DNA of 63,960 bases, filler included, from Octopus bimaculoides (taxonomy: Eukaryota): the NCBI RefSeq assembly GCF_001194135.2. It is 4 parts of 3 records of this genome, joined end to end, with 100 filler letters (N's around TTAATTAATTAA, not from the genome) between each part and the next. Parts side by side here need not be neighbours in the genome. Positions count along the whole stretch, not along the records: positions 24,807 to 32,227 come from NC_068988.1; positions 32,328 to 63,960 come from NC_069000.1; 2 more parts are not named here. The stretch is one strand, 5' to 3'. Within the stretch, counting starts at the first letter, position 1. Each line of letters starts with the position of its first letter. The notes beneath the pieces were generated by a model, which did not search any database, was not told where the DNA came from, and saw nothing but the letters and a program-made list of their open reading frames with translations. Below, one piece after another: positions 29,071-42,672 of the stretch. The translations under genes and the position numbers were made by a program.

Positions 29071-30235
29071 TTTCAATCAATTTTTTTTTTGGAATTAGAA
29101 AATATTTAATACCATCGGTATTCTTTCAGGATTATCTTTTTCCAGATGCACGAATAAGATAACCGAGATGTTCAATTTCAGTCACATTTTTGTCTTTGAG
29201 ACAAGCTGCAACGTTGTAATTGTTTAAATATTGGTTTCCAATTTTGGCACACGGTCAGTAATTTTGGTAGAGAGGGTAAGTCGATTACAGCGATCCCAGC
29301 ACTCAACTGGTATTTATTTTATCAACTCCGAAAAGATGAAAGGCAATGTCGACTTTGGTGAAATTTGAAATCAGTGTGTAAAGTCGGAAGAAATACCGCT
29401 ACGCAATTTTTGCAGTGTAGTACTGATTCTTCCAGCTCATCGTATTTGTAACTATTCAAATATTAATTCCAAATTATGTGGACAATATTTCTTTTTTTCT
29501 TTCACTATAAAATACAGGATTACCTTGACATTAGTTATATAATTTTAAATTATTTTCTATAACTGACAACCACGTTATATGTGGATACTTTCATATAATT
29601 TGACGAAAGTGTAGAAATATCGTTAACGTCTTTTCTTTCCCTCCCTGATGGTGTACGCCTAATTAATTGTTCGGTTTCCTTCGCGAGAATAACAGATTTG
29701 GAGACATTTAAAGTATCACAGGATGGTGGATTCTTGTTATGTAGAGAGACACAAAGGATTTCTTTTTGTTTGACAATATAGAAAATATTATCCTCGAAAC
29801 AAAAATCAAGTTCTTACGCGTGAGTTTCGATCTCACCATGGGATTTGCATGCCCTCATTACAGATTAGCGAAAATTATTAACAGGGACTAGAATAAGCAA
29901 ATTTATACATTTTAATTTTAATGAACGATAAATTTTTCAGCAATTAATTCTAAATGTTATATAAAACTTTGTGTCATTTAACAGTCAAGAATATTTCGAA
30001 TATTAAGTCAACCATTTTATCTTTTACTTTAAAACTTGTTCCAGACATTAGGCCGCTGCTACACTGCGGCATCATCTTGAAGTATTTTAGACCAATGAAT
30101 CGTAGTCATTACTTATTTCCTTGTTAAACACGGCAGTATTCTATCGGTCTATTTTGCCGAACCGCTCAGTTACAGGGAGGCAAACAAACCAACACAGGTT
30201 GTCAAGCGATAGTGAGGACAAACACAGACTCGAAC

Positions 30236-30305
<70 letters not shown>

Positions 30306-30414
30306 ACGCACAAATATTCTATAATTATAAACATAATTATAATTAGGGGTCAGCTAATTGCGTCACCACATACCATATTTAACCCTAGCACTTTCAAATC
30401 TTACAATTGGAAAT

Positions 30415-30474
30415 GCTATACTGAAGAGAGAAGTAAGTAATTTAAACACTGTAGTCTCGAAACGCGTATGTGGC
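30415..30474 (+). ncRNA. Minimal type I hammerhead ribozyme motif, Penelope-like element type
   Basis: Stem I GCTATA/TGTGGC, core CTGAAGA, stem II GAGA/TCTC, GAAA, palindromic stem III ACGCGT, cleavage triplet GTA at 30466-30468. Confidence 0.8.
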
Positions 30475-32009
30475 TAATCGGAGTCGTGTTGGTTCATTGT
30501 TTTTTCTCTTTGCCTACGTAAAAAAGTGTGTTACTGTTGTGGAGATTCTTACTGTAGTAGAAAATGAATTTTAACTCCTATTTCTAAATTCGGAATGTGG
30601 TGAGTAATAATAATAATAATGATCCTTTCTATTATAGATACAAGACCGGAAATTTGGGGGAAGGGCATAGTCGATTACATCGACCGCAGTACTCAACTGG
30701 TACCTAATTTATCGACCCTGAAAGGATGAAAGGTAGAGTCGACCTCGGCGGAATATGAACGAGAAGACGGACAAAATGAAACTAGTAATTTAATAATAAT
30801 AATGATAATTCCTTCTTCTTGAATCACAAGGCTTGAAATTTTGCGGGAGGACTGTAGTCAATTACATTGACCCCTGTATTCAACTACTACTTATTTTATT
30901 GATCCCAAAATGATAAAAAGCAAAGCTGACCAAGACCGTATTTGAAATCAGAACGAAAAGAAATACTACTCAACACTTTTCTGCAAAACGTTAACGATTC
31001 CGCCACTTCACCCTTTTAACAAGCGTAACACAAATAAATTTAATTGTGGCGAATAATTTTCAATTATAGAAATCCAAGATCAAATCTTTCTCCAGGAGTG
31101 TGTCCCACCTTTGACATCAAATTTGTTGTAACCACAAATAAGATTTTATAGTTGTACCAACACCCGTTCTTTGTGTAAAGATTTTCTCCGGCTGTGGTTT
31201 ATCTAGAAACCCACAATTCTGTCTCCAAATCTGCAGTCCCCGGTTAAGATGAAAGGAAACTGGAACACACATATGAAACGAAAGGTATTTTACAAGACAT
31301 TCTCTCAGGTATACACAGGCAGATGTGCGTGACACATATGACAAAATGTCCCTTAAATAGTGCTACAAACGAGTGAGCAGTGAAACAAAACAATCCATTG
31401 TAAGCAACACAACAGGTATTCGGATGAAAAAATGATCAGCGGATCGAAAATTTCGAGTATCATACGCCTTCTTGGATGCTTTACACACACGGAGCTATAA
31501 ATAATACAACAGAAAACCTTCGACACTTTCTATCTAAAATGGCTTTCAACCTAATCTTTACATGCTATTATTTATATAGCTTTATGCTGATATGATCGAG
31601 ATCCAATGTTCCAAAAGAGAAATATTTCATGCATTTCATGTCTTCTCGAATGTTTAGAAATAACTTATGATGTCAATAACATACAATTGTCACAAATAGA
31701 ATAAGGATAACATTTTTAACATAGGTCAAGAATTTCGAAGGTTCGCTTCCGTCTAAAGGCAGAATAACTCTCAGGTGAACAGCAGTTGTGGGTTCTAGAC
31801 TTACGAGTAGTCGTCACTTTTTCTTGCTGAAAAAAGGTTTTTCAACTCAATATTCATAATGCATGTATGTATGTATGTATGTATGTATGTACGTGTGTAT
31901 ATATGTATATTAATAATATCGAAAGGAAATAGAAATATTAGAAATTTCTACTACCAGTGGCCTAGCATGTACAATTTAGTCCCCAAACTATATATTATTC
32001 ATATAAATA

Positions 32010-32220
32010 CAGTGTACATTTAAACACATAAGAAGTATCCATCATAGGATTCCGTGACGTTAGAAAGAACAGCTAAGTTCCAAAGCAATATTCGGGATAA
32101 AAATTTTCGCTTCATTCCTTTCGAAATGTTTATCCCTAATAGTGGTTTGGAACTTAGCTGTTCTCTCTAGCGTGAGGGAATACTATGATGGATACCTCTT
32201 ATGTGTATAAATGTACGCTG
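32010..32220. mobile_element. Fold-back MITE (Tc1/mariner-type TA flanks)
   Basis: About 78-bp terminal inverted repeats with about 9 mismatches, starting CAGTGTACATTT and ending AAATGTACGCTG, with TA on both sides. Confidence 0.8.
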
Positions 32221-32227
32221 TATATAT

Positions 32228-32327
32228 NNNNNNNNNNNNNNNNNNNNNNNNNNNNNNNNNNNNNNNNNNNNTTAATTAATTAANNNNNNNNNNNNNNNNN
32301 NNNNNNNNNNNNNNNNNNNNNNNNNNN
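32228..32327. other. Artificial scaffold-join spacer
   Basis: Identical 44N-TTAATTAATTAA-44N layout. Confidence 0.9.
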
Positions 32328-32464
32328 TTAAATACATGTTTTACCTGTGAATATGCGTGTGTAAATTGGGAATGCATACAACGAGTTTCTCTGCCCTAGG
32401 TGTACAGAAAACACTCGGCGAGAAATGTGAGAAAATTTGAAGAAAGAAGAAAAAAAACAACAAC

Positions 32465-32500
<36 letters not shown>

Positions 32501-35500
32501 TGGAAAGAGAGGGACTGAGAGAGCCAGTTACAGAGTTAGAGTAAAAGAGGTACAAGTGAAAGCAAGAGAAATTTGGGAAGTGAGAAAGTATAGAAATAGA
32601 TTTGTTACAAGTGTTATTGGCAAAATAGCAGAGAATGAATGTCTATGAATTTTACTGTTTCACAAAACTCACATATCATTCTTTGTTTAACGATTCTTCA
32701 GCCAATTTATTCTAGACTTATTTTTAAATTGGATTTTTTTTTTTGCTTTTAGTGAATTTATTTCTTTGATTTCAGTGCTAGTACTTCTCTATTCATTGTA
32801 ACAGTGTGCTAACCATTACATTGATTGATAATCAATGAATATAAGGTACAGCAAAACAGATATAAAACATAGCCAATCACACAACCAGACTCTTTATAAG
32901 ATACTAAGGAAATCTCTACATATCTGGTCACTTGGCCTGTAAGAAAATGCAACCAAATAATTCTCAAATCACACCCAACTATCTTTAGCCCTTTAGCCTT
33001 TAAACTGGCCATATCAGGCCTAAATATTCTGCCTTTTTTATGTTAAAACTGGCCAGATCTGGCCTCTCACACCTATCCTACGATGTCAGTCTGATAATAA
33101 GCAATCACATCATGAAAATCTCTTATCTACAAGTTAATGCATGATAAATTCAAAATAACCCTTCCTTCTATAGGCACAAGGCCTGAAATTTGGAGTAGAG
33201 GGCTAGTCAATTACATTGATTCCAGTGCTCAACTGGTACTTATTTCATCAACCTCAAAAGGATAAAGAGCAAAGTTGACCTCAGCAGAATTTGAACTCAG
33301 AACAGAAGACAAACAAAATCTGCCAGCTGGCCACCTTAATTAAAAAAACTGTTACTAAATAAACTTTACATTTGAGAGAGTAATCCAAATACTAAAAGGT
33401 TAAAAAATGGAGGGATACATTAAATAATGTAGTCCATGATATACTGTATCTCCAATATAAAAAGGCAGCATAGTTATGGTGAGAATGCCTTTGACCATAG
33501 GCTTGCATGAACAAGGCTAAGCCGGGACCAAACAGCAGGAAGCAACCCCATCAGATAATATGTAAATGATTTAAGAATAAAATTAAATGATAATGATGAT
33601 GATTATCATCATCATCATCATATCATAATATACAGCAAAATCAAGCACCCAGCACAAGACCAATCACGCAACCAGTAACTCTTAGATGTATTGTACTATG
33701 TGATCCCTGACTAGACTGTAACATAGTAAATCCAGGATGTTGTGAAGCCTAGAGTGGGTCTTCTCTCAAACATTTATTACATTTGGCTATTTCTGTAAAG
33801 CCACAGGTATGCTAGAGTGAAGTAGGAATTTGGGACTACTACTGGTACCACTACTGTCACCTACACCATCACCACCACCACTACTACTATTACTATGACT
33901 TCCATCATCAATAATACAATCACCACCACCACCACTACCACTACTACTACTACAACTACCAACCAACATCACCACCACCCACCACCAACATCACCACCAC
34001 CACCAACATCACCACCACCACCAACAGCTAAGTTATGGGATATAAGCACACTAACACTGTTTGTCAAATGGTGGTGGGGGATAAATACAAACTCAAAGAC
34101 ACACACACACACACACACACAATGGGCTTCTTTCAGTTTCCGTCTACGAAATCCACTCACAAGGCTTTGGTTGGCCTGAGGCTGTAGAAGATATTTGCCC
34201 AAGGTGCCAAGCAGTGGGACTGAATCCAGAGCCATCTGTTGGAAAGCAAGCTTCTTACCACACAGCCAAGCGCATATATGATATGCAATTTGTTTTCTTA
34301 AGCATTTTTAAAACTAAGAATTAGAGATGTACACTACACTTGAGAACTAAATGTTACCCATTTGTTCCTCTCCATACTTGGAATATCAAAGCTGCATGTA
34401 AGTTATATCTATTGTCCAAGCTTATCACTATGTAACAAAGAGTTTAAATCACTATAATGATGTTTCTTTTTCCTGTGATAGTGATAATATCTTCCTTTTA
34501 TTTTTTTAATCTTTTACTGTTTTCAATCATTGAATGGTAGCCATGCTGGGGTACTGCCTTGCAGGATTTTAGTCAAATAAATCAACCCAAGTACTTATTT
34601 TTTCTTCTGAGATTGGTTACTTATTTTGTCAGTCTCTTTGTGAATTTTTTTTTTTTTTTTTTTTTTTTTCTCTGAATACAAGCTTTATTCTTGCAGTCAG
34701 TTATTCAACAGGTCACATTTTAAATACAAAGAAACATAAAAAAGATTTTCAGAGTATTTTTGACAATCACTATAAGAAATATGACTAAACATTTCTTTTC
34801 TCATAAGTATAACACTCAAGAAAAGTCAGTGCATATTAAACGCAAGAGATATTTTTCTCCCAGAATTTCATAACCCATAATTAATGGTATGCATTACATA
34901 AAAGTGTATATTATATACATGAATTAACATGGTTAGCATAGTGATCATAAAATAAAGGTTCTGAGTTGACAATATGCATTGACATGGTAATAATAATGTT
35001 CTCTTAGACCTGTGATTTTCAACAACTTACTATGAAGCAAGTACCATATTTAGCTTTTTCTTTTCTTTTGATGATAACCTTGGCTTTCAATAATTCAAAT
35101 ATTTAGGGACTTTTGACTCAAAATAAGTGATTTATGAGTAGCTTTTTGTGGTAACCTAAGGTGTTATTATTATTCATCATGTTTATTTAGCTCCAAATCA
35201 GTCCTGAGCAAGTAGATTTATGGTCAAAGACACTCTAGCCATGATAGTCCCTTTAATATTTTTCGATATATGCCAAGGTCGACTTTGCATTTCATCCTTT
35301 TGGGGGTTGATAAATTAAGTACCAGTTGCATATTGGGTCGATCTAATCGACTGGCCCCACTCCCCCAAAATTTTGGGCCTTGTGCCTAGAGTAAAAAAGA
35401 ATATTTTTCCATACAAAGTGTAACTAGGACTACATTATCTAATGCATTTTTTTTTTTGCGATAAGGTTGTGAATGATATAAGGAAGATGTCGCTGTCATG

Positions 35501-37744
35501 TCTCGTAGGTCAAGTGACCATGTAGAATCTTCCTCAATGGTTTGATAACTCAAATATTTTGACACCAGGTGGCCTCAGTCAACTAAATTAGGGGGGAAAA
35601 AAGAAAAAAAGATACCAGATTAAATTTATGGCTAGGCAGTTAGTATTAGAAACTTTATCTAGCTTTAAATTCTTGCTCCAACAAACCAACATCACAGTCA
35701 CTATCTCCTTATAAAAGTTCTTGAAGTGGATATCTTTTTTCTTTTATCTTTAATTATTTTTTTCTTGTTTCATTCATTTGACTGTGGCCATGCTGGAGCA
35801 CTGCGTTGAAACAAATTAACCCCAGGACTTACTTTTTTTTAAAAATCCTAGTACTTCTTCTTTTGGTCTCTTTTGCCAAACTGCTAAGTTACGGGGATGT
35901 AAACACACTAACACTGGTTATCAAGTAGTGGTGGAGGACAGACACAGACACAAAGACACACATACATGTACAGGTGCAGGGGCATGGATATCTAGTAAGA
36001 AGCTGGCTTCCCAACCACATGGTTCTTGGTTCAGTTTCACTGTGTGGCACCTTGGACAAGTGGCTTCTACTATAGCACCAGGCCAACCAAAGCTTTGTGA
36101 ATGAATTTGACAAATAGAAACTGAAAGAAACCCATCGTGTATAAGTGTGTGTGAGTGTGTTTGTTCCCCCATCATTGCTGGACAAACAATATTGGTTTCT
36201 TTATGTCTGCAACTAAACAGTTCGGCATTGAAAGAGTTTTCTTTTACTGTCAGTGTTTTTCCTTCCTTTCTTTTCGTATTTGTTGTTGGATCGTTCGTAA
36301 AGGTTCAGAAGAGAAAGTAGGAGTTGAAAGGGTTTGTAAAGGTAGTAGAAAGAGGAAATTAGATTCTATTAGGGGCGAAAATGTTATTTTGTGTAGTTTA
36401 ATGGATTTTATTCATAATTGAGTTATTTTGACGGAAAAAATGATGCTGTGACCTAAGTTATGGTATTTAGAATATTTATTCCGATTCTTTCATTCAAGAA
36501 ATTTGGAATTGTGTAAATGTATGAATTTTCAACATACACATACACAAACAGAAAAATCTGCCTTTTATAGATAAGATATATTCAAACAAATGCATATGTC
36601 TGAAAATAGTGAAAGTGTTTACAAGTATGAAAACTTGCTTCCAAAAGGTTTGTGTCATTCTGTTTATTTTATGATTTTTTTCTCTATAATCAAAAGTTTT
36701 TAATCCAAGAAAATCTCTCTTTGATTATTATGACAGTATCAAAAATTCACACACTCATATATAATGAATGAACAAACAAAATAAAGTAGTACTCAACACA
36801 TTTTATAGGAGTTACTTATATTTTAATAAAAGGTTAACTGTTATTAGATATATGTATACTCATAATCATCATCATTAACATCCATGTTCCATGCAGGCAT
36901 GGAACATGGTGTGGGTTGGATGGTTTGATAGGAGCTAATGGGCCCAAGGACTTCATTATGCTCCAGTGTCTGCTTTGGGATGGTTTCTATGGTTGGATAC
37001 CCTTCCTAACACCAACCACTTTACAAGTACTAGGCCTTTTTTTTTATTCACCAGCACAGGTGAGATTGCCATGTAACTTACAAGACTATGATTACTGAAT
37101 GAGGAAGGGGAACTTTTATGCTAGGAGAATAAGGAGTAGAGGAATTGAGTATGAGAGAGAAAGGGCTGTAATACAGGTTCCTTGCTATAGAAGAGTGACA
37201 AGACTATTCACATTTTAGAATAGCAGCTACAGGGATGGAAAGTGATATAAGTGGTGATGAGGTATCAGGGTGGACTTACAAGATATGAGGTGGGTAGGAA
37301 TGAGTGGGGTTGGGGAGCCTGGAGTGAGTAGATAAAGTATGGGATATTAAATAGAGCAAGATAGCAGAATAGAAATGATGATACAGTAAACAGAAGGATG
37401 AAAAAGAGATGACATGCTTTTGGGTACGTTGTGATGATGGATGGTGAAGAGAGAGGCAGGTGCAGTATATGATGAGGGTAGGATCTATGATGATGGAGAA
37501 GGAGAGATAATATAATGACACAGTAGGGATAGGTGGTTAATGAAAGTATGGGTAGAGATCAGTATTAATGGATGAATGGTGGATAACAGATGAACTGGTT
37601 CTGTGCAGTAAGTGGTATCAAGAAAGAACTGTAGTTAGGGAGGTTCTGGGAAGGGGGTCTTGAGGAGGAAGGAAATTGGGCAGAGGGCCGTTATGTACAC
37701 ACACACACACAGAGTTCTACTGAAATTCTGTTTCACTGACTTGG

Positions 37745-38340
37745 GGTGGCTCTTCTCAAGAACTGAATATTGCCAGCTATCTTGTTCTTTTGTCATCTCC
37801 TTTGTGAGATTTGTCTTCACCACTTCATCCATGTTCATGGATCTTCCGCTTCTGCAAGTTCTGTCCACATTCAGTGATTGGCACTTCTTTAAACAGCTCT
37901 TCTCATCATTACACATCACATTTCCATACCAGCACGGTTTTCTTTCTTTCACACTACCTCTGATTCCTCTTATGCCCAGATTTTCACTCTCCACCTTTGT
38001 ACCATGTCTTTCACATACACTTACATTGCACATACAACAAAATTTCTTTCCTATTTATTTAAGGTCCTCTGCAATTAAAGCCCACGTCTAATTACTATGC
38101 AGCCTTGTAGTTTTAACACAAGCATCATACAATCTTCACTTCACTCTAAGGTAAAAGTTCTTTTTGTCAATAGCAGTAGTAGCTCTTTAAATTCTCTCCA
38201 GTCTGTTCCTACTCTGCAATTGTACTTTTAGCAATCCTTGCTAATTACATCTCCAAGGTAACAATAACTATCAACTACATCTTGTCAGTCATCCAAGCAT
38301 TCAAGAGGTTCAATTTCTAGTCTGTTCATAGAACCTGCTG
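37745..38340 (-). mobile_element. RTE-clade LINE ORF 3' fragment
   Basis: VVDSYCYLGDVI, LYDACV, GIRGIR..V.ER..CWYGNVM, CLKKCQSLNV...GRS, EMTKEQDSWQYSVLEK. Confidence 0.8.
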
Positions 38341-39518
38341 CATCTATCACATGTGAAGTTTATGTTCTCTCATAATCTGCATGTGATTCTAATACATCTC
38401 TTCTAAGTCTATAGCTTACATTAGGCACAGTATATAGAATTCATACTTAAAGAAGTATGAATACAGTGTGGATATGAATAAAGGTGTTGAATAAATAAAA
38501 ATTTAGTATCTCACTGTGAAACTATAACCAGTGAATAAATCCTAATCATTAGCAACTGAGAATGAGGATCGTACAACTATTTTCATCTCTCTTGAGATAA
38601 TTTCCTTACCTTTCAATTACGAAAGTTAAGAAAAATATACAGAAAAACCTCAGTTTACCTCTTTTCAAATTGTGTCTTTTATTACTTTGCATTTTGTTTT
38701 TCTTAGAAATTAATTGAAAAAATAACCCTCAACTTCATTGGGCTGACTTTATGTCAGTCTCTGTGAACATATTTAAAAGCATGAAAATTAAAAGAACACT
38801 TAAAAACCAATACTCAAGTGGAAAATGAAAATACATTTCTTAACCCTTTTTTTACCATATTTCTATGTATTGAAATTAATATCTTTGTTTCAGTTAGTTT
38901 TTTTTTAAAGCAATGAAGAATTTAGTAAAATAATTTTGTAGTGATTAAGTTGGTGTTTAAAACAGGAAGTTTGTTTCATAGAAGCAGGGAGAGTTTCAGG
39001 TTGGATGGTACAAAGAGTTAAAACAGGTATAAGCTAATAAACTCTTTCTTTTGGTCTAATGTTCCATCGTTTTTCAAGTTGTCACATGTCTAAGAACCAA
39101 TTACCAATGTAAGTTGAGGTATGCTTGTATTGCCCTACATAAAACATAACTAATGATTTACTGCTGTAAAACAACTGCACATAATGGTACAAGGTGGATG
39201 GCCAAGATTTAGTAAGGAAAATACCAACATATGATTATCATCCAGAAATAACTGTGTATGAAAATTATATTGAATCAGACAACCTTGCAAATTTCATTAT
39301 GCTAGAAATAGTTTGTTTCCATTTTCCATAAGAAGTTATGTTCTTCATAACTTCAGCAACTGAGATTACGTAAGCATCTTCAAACAGATGAAAAACTAAT
39401 TGACCAATCCCCTCAAGCTGATGCTTGTGGTTTATCCACAGGTTATATTTTCACAGCAAGGCCAAATATATGGTTATTAAACATGTATATTATTTTCATA
39501 CATTGTACATGTGTATAA

Positions 39519-39575
<57 letters not shown>

Positions 39576-39579
39576 TACA

Positions 39580-40329
39580 TGCAAGGTATATTCCAGAAGT
39601 TTTGAGACATTTTCAGGAGAGACATTTATTAGTTTCAAAGTACAAAACTCTAATCTCCTTCAAAGTTGGATCGTCTGACTTCAATGCACTTCTTGTAGCA
39701 TTCCAGCCACTGTCATTTTTTTCCTTCAACTTGGGGAACAAAAGTCACTGAAAGCAAGGTCTGGACTATAGGGAGAGTAAAGGACAGTTTTGATGCCCAT
39801 CTCCATCAAGTAGTTGGTTAACCAGGATGGAACTGTGGACTGGTGCAGTGTCCTTCTGCAGGTGTTCTGGTCTTTTGTGTTGATTGTCTGGCCAGAGAGA
39901 ACCAAGATGTAGATGAAACCCTTGCTGTTGAAAAAGGAGATCATCAAGTTTCCCAATGGTTTGCTTTGCCTGACTTCTTGTCAGATGCTTGGCTCCTACA
40001 AGTATTAACTTGTAGGAGCAAATCTGACAAGAAGTCTAAAGCATTTCATATGTTTCTGTAGCATTTTGCCCAGTTTAATACAAAACTTTATTGCATAATG
40101 AACTTCTGAACTGTTTTCATGTCACAACTGCATTCTGCAAACTAGTAAGCTGTGTCAAGCAGTATTTAGTAGGGTGTGTTCAAAGTGTTGTTAACAGTTG
40201 TCTCCTTCAATCTGGAATAACAAAAGTTGGCAGATCAGCTTATTAGATGTATAGTAACAATTACAATCAAGGACTGTTATAACTGTTTCTCCTAAAAAGG
40301 TCTCAAAACTTCTGGAATGCACCTATGTA
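39580..40329 (-). mobile_element. Internally deleted mariner element with both TIRs
   Basis: About 40-bp TIRs (GGTATATTCCAGAAGTTTTGAGACATTTTCAGGAGAGACA and its reverse complement near 40283-40324). Transposase remnant LTNYLMEMGIKTVLYSPYSPDLAFSDF. Confidence 0.85.
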
Positions 40330-41140
40330 TATTGTACTTCGTGATTGAAATCTGAGTCTTATCTTAGCATGTAGTTGACACATGGCAGAAATTGCAGCAC
40401 ACCAGACTAAGTGCCTTACAGTATTTATTTTGTATCTCCATATTTTGAGTTCAAATCTTGCCAACATTACCTTTCATCTCATCAACATCAATAAACCTAG
40501 CACCAGACCTGTTTATATTGTGTTCACTTAACTTGACTGCAGCTCTCACTTATGATTTTGAGGCCCATGTCAATCTAAAAAAAAGGACACTGGTGCATCA
40601 TCAGAGTTTGTAGATAAACAGAAATATTACCTCTTTATTTTTTAGTAATTGGATTGCAACCTGTAGAGTTTTAGTTGAATGAATCAGCCTCAGTACTTCA
40701 TCATCATTTAACATCCATCGTCCATGCTGACACGGGTTGGACAGTGTGAAAAAGTCTGGCAAGCTGGAACACTGCACCAGACACCAATCTGATTTGGCAA
40801 GCTATCTGCAGCTGGATGCCCTTCCTAACACCAACCACTCTTGAGAGTGTAATGGGAGCTTTTACTTATTTTTTTCAAATGATTTAGACAGTCCAACTAA
40901 GCCATGGAAAAATGCAGTTAACTTCATTATAAGCAGCAGGAGCACTGTATATGTGTTATGTGTGTCAGGTATTCTACTAGTTTGCAATGACGAACACATA
41001 GAACAATATCTATCCAAGTGGTGATGGCAGTGTCATGTGGTGTCTATGTGTGGGGGTGGGGGAGAAGAACCATGATGAAAACTGGGATAAAGTTTGAATA
41101 TATTGCAACGTTTCCTGTCAATGTTGATAAAGATATACAT

Positions 41141-41397
41141 CAGTGTTTCTCAACCAAATTTTACTTATGGACCCCTTAGATCCTTATTTTACTCTACCAT
41201 ACTTCCGTAGCTATTTGATGAATATAAAAAAAAAGCTCTCACAGTATTCTTATAATTAAATATTATTAGGAATTGCATGAAAAAATTTTGATATTTTGTG
41301 TATTGCAGAAGTATAAGCAATTCATTGCACCTAAATTTTGATAAAATCTTATATGGACCTCACCGAGGGCCATATGGACCCTGGTTGAGAACCACAG
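41141..41397. mobile_element. hAT-like MITE
   Basis: TIRs CAGTGTTTCTCAACC and GGTTGAGAACCACAG (13/15 match). The 8-bp flanks match only partly. Confidence 0.65.
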
Positions 41398-41743
41398 GTA
41401 CAGATAGAAGAAACAGATAAAAGAAGCCATGTTAGTTCCCATATCCAAGATGACATAAGAGACTAACATGATACATTCACAGATATACAATGGGTACCAC
41501 CAGAAGGATGAAGAAAGAAAGGGAGACCCAAGAAAACAAAGAAGATCCGAAGCTAACTTTGCATCACCGGGGAAGATGTAGGCAAATATGCTCAAAATCA
41601 GGATTACTGGACATGCCTCATTGTCCATTGAACAGGTCAACTGTACAGGAGGAACTAAGATAAAGACAGTGTAAAGATTGATGGTAACAGACTAGTTTGG
41701 TTACTGCAACCGCAGTAGCATGTGGGGGAAATTTCACTTCTAA

Positions 41744-41964
41744 CTCTTTAGCATTTACATTATTTTGTCAGAAGTAGTGCCTATTTATTCCCATTGTTTT
41801 GAATTGATCATGCATTATCTTGTAGCTTTCAGATTTCAATGAAGTGATTGCTTATTTTTACAATGACATTGTTAGGTAGATATGAGAGGCCAAATCTGGC
41901 TAATTTGAACATAAAACAGGTAGAAAATTTTAGGCCAGATATGGCCTGCTTAAATGCTAAAGGG
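41744..41964. mobile_element. piggyBac-like MITE; related copies near 32985-33150, 54090-54215, 60160-60380 and 61940-62130
   Basis: TIRs CTCTTTAGCATTTA and TAAATGCTAAAGGG, flanked by CTAA and TTAA. Confidence 0.65.
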
Positions 41965-42672
41965 TTAAACTGATCAAGTAAAATTTTTTTTTAATATTTC
42001 TTCTTCCAACAGATTTTTTTTTTTTCAGAAAAGCAGCAAGTAGTTTTAAATTATATAAATGACATTAAAAAATGATATAAAGGCTGGAAAACTTTTTTTC
42101 TTATATTGATTTTATTAGAAAACAAAAAAAAAGAGAAAAAAAATATATAAAATTATTTGCCAGTGTTTTTTATAAAAGAATTTTATAAAGGTTTGTGAAC
42201 AAAAGAAAATATTTTTTAAAACTGCTATCTTCATAAAAAGTGGAAGAAAGTTTACTTACAAAAACAAAATAACAATGAAAANNNNNNNNNNNNNNNNNNN
42301 NNNNNNNNNNNNNNNNNNNNNNNNNNNNNNNNNNNNNNNNNNNNNNNNNNNNNNNNNNNNNNNNNNNNNNNNNNNNNNNNNNNNNNNNNNNNNNNNNNNN
42401 NNNNNNNNNNNNNNNNNNNNNNNNNNNNNNNNNNNNNNNNNNNNNNNNNNNNNNNNNNNNNNNNNNNNNNNNNNNNNNNNNNNNNNNNNNNNNNNNNNNN
42501 NNNNNNNNNNNNNNNNNNNNNNNNNNNNNNNNNNNNNNNNNNNNNNNNNNNNNNNNNNNNNNNNNNNNNNNNNNNNNNNNNNNNNNNNNNNNNNNNNNNN
42601 NNNNNNNNNNNNNNNNNNNNNNNNNNNNNNNNNNNNNNNNNNNNNNNNNNNNNNNNNNNNNNNNNNNNNNNN

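Noticed and set aside
31040-31370. Coding-looking stretch with possible splice sites
   Set aside because: All frames tested hit stops and no recognisable protein emerged. It may be a decayed TE.
39170-39330. GWP/YDYHPEITV remnant resembling Gypsy pol
   Set aside because: Too short and degenerate to support as a feature.
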